Shown here: positions 57,218-64,000 of the stretch, piece by piece
Position numbering within the stretch: the stretch's first letter is position 1
Layout: every line of letters begins with the position of its first letter
IMG/VR virus record: IMGVR_UViG_3300045988_145033
Span: 114,693-178,692 of that record
Direction: 5' to 3' (one strand)
DNA length: 64,000 nt
DNA from: a virus
Translations under genes and position numbers: made by a program
Notes under the pieces: generated by a model
The model's input: only the letters and a program-made list of their open reading frames with translations
What the model was told of the DNA's origin: nothing
The model's database searches: none

Positions 57218-58311
57218 TATCTTCCACCTCCAGCTTTAATAACTTCTTTTATTTGTCTATCAAGTTTAGTATTAGTTCTTACTATATCATCGATAGTACA
57301 AGTTTTAAATATAGCATCTCCGTCTTTCATAACTCTTATAACTCCAGTTCCTGTATTTACTTCATAGAAAGCAAATGCAAAGAAACTATCCATAAGAGCT
57401 TTTACTTGTCTTTCATTACTTGTATCTATTGTGTATCTTTCTTTGATTCTATCAGCCGCTTCATCTGAGATTACAAAAGTAGTAAAAGGATATGATTTTA
57501 CAAATATATCTCTTTTTCTATTGTAAAGCTCTAAAGTCTTCCAAAGCTTATTAGCTGTAGCTTGTGATTTAGCTTCAAGTTTTAATCTATCCATTTCAAA
57601 TAGGAAATCTCCCATAAATGAAATTTCACCTTTTGATAGTTTTATAAAGTTTTTGAAGAATCTATTACTATCAAAGTTTCCTACTCTTGTTACAAGCTCA
57701 TCTACATCAACCTTTCTTACAACACCTTCAAATCCAAGTTGAACTACAACGTCTTTTATTTCATTTTTGTCTCCACCCGTAATATAAGGTATCTTTACTG
57801 ATAGTATAGTAGGAGTTGTACCACCATCTCTTACAAACTGAATATCATTGTTTGCTTCGGCATACAGATTTCTTGCTTTTAATTTATCTCCAGCTCTTCT
57901 TACAGCTTCGGCGTAAGGAGAACCAGTTGATACTGCTCCCATAGTTGCTCCTAGAACTAAACCTTGTGATACAGGGTCTCTTGCATCAAACGTACCAGCA
58001 TTCAATCTATTAAAAGGTAGAGAACTCATAATAGCTGTAATAGATACGTCAAATGCTCCACGAGATATATCACCTTCTATAAAGTTTTTAGTCGCAAATG
58101 CTAAATTTGTTTCTATATCTTTTGCAATATCAAGTGCTGTATCATCTGGAATATCAGAAGACACTATAACTGGGAACGTAATAATATTATTATTTCCAGC
58201 GTTAATAAGTGAAGTTTTTCCAGTAGCAAGAGTTCTTGCAACTTGTCTGAATCTTCCTTGTACGACAGTTGTAAGTACGTTTGCACCATATTCGCTTAAT
58301 CTTTCTATCAT
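57217..58311 (-). CDS. hypothetical protein with two YAEA motifs (PYAEAV, LYAEAN); possible virion protein
   Basis: ORF with AAGGAGG RBS. Confidence 0.5.
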   Translation of the reverse strand: MIERLSEYGANVLTTVVQGRFRQVARTLATGKTSLINAGNNNIITFPVIVSSDIPDDTALDIAKDIETNLAFATKNFIEGDISRGAFDVSITAIMSSLPFNRLNAGTFDARDPVSQGLVLGATMGAVSTGSPYAEAVRRAGDKLKARNLYAEANNDIQFVRDGGTTPTILSVKIPYITGGDKNEIKDVVVQLGFEGVVRKVDVDELVTRVGNFDSNRFFKNFIKLSKGEISFMGDFLFEMDRLKLEAKSQATANKLWKTLELYNRKRDIFVKSYPFTTFVISDEAADRIKERYTIDTSNERQVKALMDSFFAFAFYEVNTGTGVIRVMKDGDAIFKTCTIDDIVRTNTKLDRQIKEVIKAGGGR

Positions 58312-58367
58312 TTATAAACCTCCTTGTTTTATTAAATTTAACTACTTAAAATGTTTCTGACCATAAA

Positions 58368-58390
58368 AAATATGGGTTTTGACCCATATT
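58368..58390 (-). terminator. terminator AATATGGGT-TTTGA-CCCATATT
   Basis: Hairpin + T-tract on minus. Confidence 0.55.
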
Positions 58391-59272
58391 TTAAGTAAAT
58401 AATTTAGCTCTTAGCTCTACAAGACCCATTCTTATATCTTCATCTTTTCCTGATACTTTTATCAAAAACTCAGATGGTGATATATACTTAAACGTCTCGT
58501 AGTCAAACTCTTCATCAGTTCCAGCTACTATATCTTGAAGATGATTTTCAAGATAAGTTTTTGATTTAACTGAACCATATCCGGCTTTTCCTTTAAATCC
58601 GTGGTCTGGTATTCCATACATACAGATATAATATGGATATAGTGAATAGGGAAGTCCTGTAGGAAATGGATACTTAGCATTAGTTCTTTTAACTGATGCG
58701 TTATCTATTGGGTCTATACCTTCTCTATATAGAAAAGTACCGTCCCAGAATGTTCCACCACTTCCTATAAGTCCTAGCATTATCTTAGAACGAGAATAAA
58801 CTATTGCGTGTTTATTTAAGGATAATATAAGATATGCTGCAATAGACGGTTCGAATTTTCCACAGTCTATTACCTTTATATTAGAAACTTTCCCCATTTC
58901 TTCAAGCTTTTCTATATACATATTAATTATTGTGTCTGATATTTCAGGACGCTTATCGTAGAAGAAGTCGAGATACTTAGCTCCTAACTTCTCCTTAAGA
59001 TAAGTCTTATTTTCTTTCCTTGTATATAATACATAGATTTTCTTATCGAGATTTCCTGATATGAAATCTCTTATCATATTTGTGACTTCTGATAGGAACT
59101 TAGCAAGACCATACTCTTGTAGTCCTTCCATTCTGCATATCGTATTTAGAGCTGAATTGAAATCTAGTATTATAGAAGTTACAGTACCGGGTTTGTGTAT
59201 ACCCCAGTTAAGATTCAGTAAATCAGATATTCTTTTAAGACATATACCTACAGGTATTTTATGGTCTGCCAT
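58391..59272 (-). CDS. hypothetical protein
   Basis: ORF. Confidence 0.5.
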   Translation of the reverse strand: MADHKIPVGICLKRISDLLNLNWGIHKPGTVTSIILDFNSALNTICRMEGLQEYGLAKFLSEVTNMIRDFISGNLDKKIYVLYTRKENKTYLKEKLGAKYLDFFYDKRPEISDTIINMYIEKLEEMGKVSNIKVIDCGKFEPSIAAYLILSLNKHAIVYSRSKIMLGLIGSGGTFWDGTFLYREGIDPIDNASVKRTNAKYPFPTGLPYSLYPYYICMYGIPDHGFKGKAGYGSVKSKTYLENHLQDIVAGTDEEFDYETFKYISPSEFLIKVSGKDEDIRMGLVELRAKLFT

Positions 59273-59282
59273 TTCACACCTC

Positions 59283-60254
59283 CTATACCGAATCTTTCTT
59301 TACTATATCAAAGTATTTCTTTATAAGACTTTTATTATATGGTCCGTCAACTTTCTCATCTATGAACTTTATAAATGCTTTGCTGTCTTGAGCGAATATA
59401 AATAAAGCATTAGTTATCCAAGATATATTATGAACTATAAAATCCATAATATGAGCGACCGCTGTTGTTACACAATATCTATACAGAATTGAAGGTATCA
59501 TATCTGAATCCATACAAGCAGTTATCCATTCATCTAATCCTATATAGTCATCTTCTAAATCAAAATTTTTATACAGTATATTGAATGCGACAGATAGACT
59601 CATAGTTAGAAGAATAAGTGTTGTATTTGCTTTCTTTTCATCTTGTATATCTACATTTATATACTCATCATTTCCATATATCTTTTCAAGAAGTTTAGAC
59701 GGCAAGTCTTCTTCAAACCCTGTCATATAATCTTCTCTCCATTGTCTTATAGTCTTTTTAACTGTAAATGGATAATAAGCATTACCGAAACTTTCATCTA
59801 TTACAAAGTCATCTTCTACAGCTTTCTCAAGTGCTAAATCGCCATTTAATATCATAGACTCTATACTCATAGCATCATCTGAACGCATAAAATCTATAAG
59901 ACTTTCTACCATAGTTACATCAGCTATACAAGTAAGAAGCATATCACAAAGTCTTGCATATTTAAGTCTATCATATCTGTGTATTTGTACATCTTCATCT
60001 ATTTTAAATTTTGCTGCAACTCTCATATCTCTTAACTTTTCTACAGTTAAGATATTGTCTGTATCTTCGCTACATATATGATACATTTTCATATTGTAGT
60101 TATAAACGTCGATGAGTTTTTCAAGCATTTTTGTATCGTTTTCAAAGAAATACTCTAAAGCGTCATCTACAGTCATTCTTCCTCTTATTGTATTTCTCAT
60201 TGTGGCGGTTCTTTCAATGTTATAAATTCTACTATTTAACTTCACCTTTATCAA
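59283..60254 (-). CDS. hypothetical protein
   Basis: ORF. Confidence 0.5.
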   Translation of the reverse strand: MIKVKLNSRIYNIERTATMRNTIRGRMTVDDALEYFFENDTKMLEKLIDVYNYNMKMYHICSEDTDNILTVEKLRDMRVAAKFKIDEDVQIHRYDRLKYARLCDMLLTCIADVTMVESLIDFMRSDDAMSIESMILNGDLALEKAVEDDFVIDESFGNAYYPFTVKKTIRQWREDYMTGFEEDLPSKLLEKIYGNDEYINVDIQDEKKANTTLILLTMSLSVAFNILYKNFDLEDDYIGLDEWITACMDSDMIPSILYRYCVTTAVAHIMDFIVHNISWITNALFIFAQDSKAFIKFIDEKVDGPYNKSLIKKYFDIVKKDSV

Positions 60255-60690
60255 TCCCCTTTATCATAAATGAAATGAGTAAAACTGATACTTCCTCATT
60301 ATAAGGAAGTAATCCTACTCTATCTATTAGATAATATATACTTCTAGCTTTTATCTCTATAAGTTCCTTTGACTCATTTCTATATAATAGTTTCTCGCTA
60401 TTAAGATATGAGATGAGCTCGACTAAGAGCTCATCAGTTACCATAAACATCTTCTGACATTCAAAGCAATCCATATCAGAAACGTCTACATCAGTTATAA
60501 GTCTTTTGGTATCATCTATATAGACATTAACTATTTCTGCATTATGTTCGTGTAAGAATATTCCTATCTTTGTATCTACTTCACGTTTTTCTAGTCTTTC
60601 GATTTCGTAGTTTATTGTATCTTCATACCAGTCAGGACTATCCATTGTGCGAATATAACGAGTTCCTACACCTTTTCTAGTTAGTTTCAT
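60232..60690 (-). CDS. hypothetical protein
   Basis: ORF overlapping neighbours. Confidence 0.45.
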   Translation of the reverse strand: MKLTRKGVGTRYIRTMDSPDWYEDTINYEIERLEKREVDTKIGIFLHEHNAEIVNVYIDDTKRLITDVDVSDMDCFECQKMFMVTDELLVELISYLNSEKLLYRNESKELIEIKARSIYYLIDRVGLLPYNEEVSVLLISFMIKGIDKGEVK

Positions 60691-61453
60691 TTCGGATTCC
60701 TTTCACAAATTCGTGAGATGCCTTTAGGATATAATTAAGAAGATAAATATAAGTATCAGACATATCATATGACCTATCGTTATACGCAAGCATATCTATC
60801 TCATAGGGATATTCTCTTTTAACTTCGGATATATCAAAGTCTATAAGAACTATATCCTCTATGAGATTATTCTCATTTAGAAGTCCAGCCGCATTCATTC
60901 CAAGCCAAGTAGATAGTCTTCCGTCATCTTTTGTATTTTTTATCATATCAATTTGGTTTTTGTATAAAGACGACACATATCTATAAGCGAAGTCGTATAT
61001 ATTATCTGGAGACTCTATTCTAACTCCGTGTCCTATATTCACTGCATATTCTTCTATATACATATCAAACCCGAAGTCTTCACGTAGGATAGTATATAAA
61101 TTAGCTATTAAATCGTCTTTTGTATATCCTTCCGCATCTCCTATTATATCATCTTCTTTTATGATACCTTCCCATTTTGCATATAAATCATTTACTGAAT
61201 CTTCTGTGTAATCTATCCATTCAGTAAACCCGTTCTCATCTAATATAATGATATGGTAAACTCCTTCAGTATTGTCAGCGGCTTCTATAAGAGCTGATTT
61301 CATTTCATAAAAGTCGAAGATACTAAATATCTTATAAAGATTATATCTTTTAAGATTATCTTCTATGATATTTGTAAGTCCGTCCATACCATTATTGTCT
61401 TTCATTACTTCTTTTACCTTTGATGTATTTACAAGTGGTAAGTTTATTTTCAT
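60677..61453 (-). CDS. hypothetical protein
   Basis: ATGA overlap with 61450-62334. Confidence 0.5.
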   Translation of the reverse strand: MKINLPLVNTSKVKEVMKDNNGMDGLTNIIEDNLKRYNLYKIFSIFDFYEMKSALIEAADNTEGVYHIIILDENGFTEWIDYTEDSVNDLYAKWEGIIKEDDIIGDAEGYTKDDLIANLYTILREDFGFDMYIEEYAVNIGHGVRIESPDNIYDFAYRYVSSLYKNQIDMIKNTKDDGRLSTWLGMNAAGLLNENNLIEDIVLIDFDISEVKREYPYEIDMLAYNDRSYDMSDTYIYLLNYILKASHEFVKGIRNETN

Positions 61454-62334
61454 ACAAACCTCTCTTTCAAATAGTTCTTAAATAGTATTGCTATACATAC
61501 ATTACATATATTCTCTGGTGCTTCTTCTCCGTTTATATATGAACGCAAAAGAGTTTCAGATACCATATCGAGTTTAGTGTATTTTGTAAATGTTTCATAT
61601 AAACTAGCATTTCTATATGCTTTTGGTATTTCTACTTCCTTTTCTATACCAAATACACTATATAGATAAGATATCATAATTCCTGATACTGAAAACATAG
61701 GTTCAAAGAAGAACTCAGATACGAGTGTAAATGGTAAGTATTTCGCTGCTTCGTGTCTGTACTTATCAGATTTCGCAAGAACTGCATCCAAAAACTCGTC
61801 ATATAATACGTCTAAGAAGTTCATAAGAGTTTGAGGTTCATCTATATAAACTGTAAGTCCTGTCCATATATTAAAACCGTCATCGCTTGCTTGACATAAA
61901 TCATCTATAATTACATATTCAGAATCAGTATATTCATCAAACACCTTTTGTCCTGATACTAAACCGTGTGGTATATCATCTTGATTTATACCAACATAAA
62001 CCATATCAGCGGTATCTGGAATATAATATCCGCTCGATTTAAGAGCATCTTTTAAAGTTTCTTTATATCCACCTACTTCATCTCTTGACCAGAAATCAGT
62101 TTCGTTAAACTCAGGGTCGTACATAGCAAATGCTGCAATTCCCCTTTCAAGTAAAGGGTTGTAGTATGGGTCATCATCTTTCTTGACAACATAGTTAAGC
62201 TTTTCTACAATGCTATCAGCTAAATCCCCATACTCACTACATAACTCTGATATCTTTGAGATTATATCATTTTCATACACACTATATATCATTTCTTTTT
62301 CTTTTAACGATACAATTTTCCCTGTTAAGTTCAT
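61450..62334 (-). CDS. hypothetical protein
   Basis: GGAGGTGATAGGAG RBS. Confidence 0.5.
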   Translation of the reverse strand: MNLTGKIVSLKEKEMIYSVYENDIISKISELCSEYGDLADSIVEKLNYVVKKDDDPYYNPLLERGIAAFAMYDPEFNETDFWSRDEVGGYKETLKDALKSSGYYIPDTADMVYVGINQDDIPHGLVSGQKVFDEYTDSEYVIIDDLCQASDDGFNIWTGLTVYIDEPQTLMNFLDVLYDEFLDAVLAKSDKYRHEAAKYLPFTLVSEFFFEPMFSVSGIMISYLYSVFGIEKEVEIPKAYRNASLYETFTKYTKLDMVSETLLRSYINGEEAPENICNVCIAILFKNYLKERFV

Positions 62335-62863
62335 CTCCTATCACCTCCATTTTATTCCTTATAACTCCATCTAAAATACACATAATTACATTTCTTATCT
62401 TGTCACCATCACTTTTAGGATTTCTAATATCTTCCTTATATGGTGGATAAATTGCATATCTTGAAAAGTATATAAACTCATATAGTGCTTTCCACAAAAT
62501 AAGCTGTACTATATCGGGAAAGCATACAAGATAGAAACTCCAAACGTGAGTTCCTTCGTGTTTATACATAAGTGACAGCATAGCTGTAATTCCAGATATA
62601 CACATATCTATAAACTTCATAGTATCATCTATAATAAAGATACGCTTATCGTAAAGTGATATATCTCTTATACCTACTATAGCTTGATTTGTTTCATTTA
62701 TACACATAGACCATATTGCACCTATTATAGCCCCATAAAATGGCTTAGTGCTATAGACCTCATTTGCATATTCAAATTCATATTTCGTATCCATTGTAGA
62801 TAATATATTTTGAACCTTTATCTTCTGTATCTTCTCTTTCGGATTCACTTTCAATAATAACAT
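62282..62863 (-). CDS. hypothetical protein, start uncertain (possibly MDTKYEF at ~62794)
   Basis: ORF overlapping upstream gene. Confidence 0.4.
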   Translation of the reverse strand: MLLLKVNPKEKIQKIKVQNILSTMDTKYEFEYANEVYSTKPFYGAIIGAIWSMCINETNQAIVGIRDISLYDKRIFIIDDTMKFIDMCISGITAMLSLMYKHEGTHVWSFYLVCFPDIVQLILWKALYEFIYFSRYAIYPPYKEDIRNPKSDGDKIRNVIMCILDGVIRNKMEVIGDELNRENCIVKRKRNDI

Positions 62864-63206
62864 TCACATTTCCTCCTATCTTTATTGGTGATATAGTTAG
62901 TAACTTTCTCACAATTTTAGAAAGAGACACTACAACTAAAGAGTACACTTCTTCTAAAGATAAGCTCATAAACAGCTCCTCTTTTACTTTCGCAAGACAT
63001 TCACTTACTATCTCATCTTTTGAGTACATTTTAAATGTAGTATCATACTGTATCTTTTCCTGAGAAGACATATGATTTATAAGTCTTTCAGGAGATACTT
63101 CTTCTTTCTTACCAAATAGAAGTTCCTTTCCTTTCGTAATTATTTTCTCACCTGTTTCATATAAACTTCCTATCACACTTAAAAGTGCTGATATTTTTGT
63201 AAGCAT
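62778..63206 (-). CDS. hypothetical protein (start MLTKISALL after GAAAGGAGATATAAT)
   Basis: ORF; conserved leader cassette. Confidence 0.5.
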   Translation of the reverse strand: MLTKISALLSVIGSLYETGEKIITKGKELLFGKKEEVSPERLINHMSSQEKIQYDTTFKMYSKDEIVSECLAKVKEELFMSLSLEEVYSLVVVSLSKIVRKLLTISPIKIGGNVNVIIESESEREDTEDKGSKYIIYNGYEI

Positions 63207-63262
63207 TATTATATCTCCTTTCGCAAAAAAGAAATGTGTGGGAAACCCCACACATAACTTTA

Positions 63263-64000
63263 TTATCTTACTCTTCTGTAGTTTTTGTTTGTGAATGTTA
63301 CTGTATAACCATCTCTATCGTTGTAAGTAATACCTACAGCGAATTTAGAATTTCTAGTAACAATGTCTTCTTTTCTCAAGACATTTTCTCCTAGAAGTCC
63401 TATTGCAGTTAATGATACTACAGTTGCAGTATCTAAGAACACGTCTGATTCCCCACCAGTTCTATCAACTACATGAGGAACACAGTATTTTGAATGGAAT
63501 CTAGCAAGAGATGGTTTTTCTTGATTAATTCCAATTCCTACTAAGTTTACATCATCTATTTGAGATTTAAGTAAAGATGATGATACTGTAATTGCTGGAA
63601 CTGTAGTTAAATAAGTTCCGTCTTCACCAAATGCCACGATTCTTTGGATTATTTCATCCATAGCTTCTCTTTCGTTATCTGACACTTGGTCCATAACTCT
63701 TCCGGGCTCGAAGCTCTTAAGAGTTGTATTAAATTCTATATCTAGTTCTCTATGTAAGAACTCAGATATATCTGCTAGTTTTACGTTTAAAACTAGATTT
63801 ACTATGTCGGCTTGTTTCGCCATTTTTCTTCCTCCTTTAAAATTAGTATTTGCTTCTGCTGAAGCTAATTCAGCATTATTGTTGTTACCGTTGTTTCCAT
63901 TTCCGCTTCCACCTGCTGACACTTTAGGAGCACTCCAAGGTGTCTTAGTTTTTACATTAGTTTCAACTCTAGGTTCAACTCTAGGTTCAACTCTAGGTTC
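63263..64000 (-). CDS. partial CDS running off window; N-terminal (EPRV)n repeat and GNGNNGNNNN low-complexity
   Basis: Reading frame open upstream of GTG at 63922 through 64000; 12-nt tandem repeat encodes EPRV. Confidence 0.45.
   Translation of the reverse strand, partial: EPRVEPRVEPRVETNVKTKTPWSAPKVSAGGSGNGNNGNNNNAELASAEANTNFKGGRKMAKQADIVNLVLNVKLADISEFLHRELDIEFNTTLKSFEPGRVMDQVSDNEREAMDEIIQRIVAFGEDGTYLTTVPAITVSSSLLKSQIDDVNLVGIGINQEKPSLARFHSKYCVPHVVDRTGGESDVFLDTATVVSLTAIGLLGENVLRKEDIVTRNSKFAVGITYNDRDGYTVTFTNKNYRRVR
63958..64000. repeat. 12-bp tandem repeat gttcaactctag x3.5
   Basis: Direct reading at window end. Confidence 0.85.

Overview
The window is AT-rich, densely coding and mostly minus-strand. 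Genes are short-spaced or overlapping, nearly all preceded by strong AGGAGG-type ribosome-binding sites and separated by recurring hairpin plus T-tract terminators. This is the architecture of a large (jumbo-type) virulent phage of a low-GC host, not a bacterial chromosome.

The clearest assignments are pieces of a phage multisubunit RNA polymerase: an N-terminal half of beta-prime (zinc ribbon plus the GDFDGD catalytic motif), a large beta-like protein, and a separate beta C-terminal piece. The beta-prime C-terminal half and any alpha subunit were not recognised in the window.

Other calls:
- A T4 gp61-like zinc-ribbon/TOPRIM primase.
- A RecA/UvsX-family recombinase.
- A Rad50/SbcC-like ATPase with coiled coils.
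- A membrane-anchored SLT lytic transglycosylase.
- A gp25-like baseplate wedge protein.
- An XRE-type HTH protein next to a lipoprotein.
- A circularly permuted NlpC/P60 (LRAT-like) hydrolase.

Features worth a second look:
- A GC-rich ~330-nt island at 42.5-42.9 kb. It sits in an otherwise non-coding gap, looks like a structured minus-strand ncRNA, and ends in an intrinsic terminator just upstream of a 232-aa gene of unknown function.
- A 1-kb gene-free region at 40.7-41.7 kb. It carries five direct copies of a 10-nt near-palindromic motif (GGACACCYAA) interleaved with perfect hairpins, and a sixth copy sits inverted at 52.66 kb.
- A four-member paralogous family at 3.1-9.4 kb. Members share a hydrophobic helix, a poly-glycine linker and repeated N-terminal Y-A/G-E-A motifs, possibly prohead-protease sites. 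The motif also appears in other proteins in the window.
- A conserved promoter-like element, TATATATTATATATGTAGAC, upstream of five minus-strand genes including RNAP subunit genes.
- A cluster of paralogous single-pass membrane proteins at 21.3-24.0 kb.

No tRNA, rRNA, CRISPR array or transposase was recognised. All functional calls rest on motif-level reading of the translations and need HMM or structure searches to confirm.
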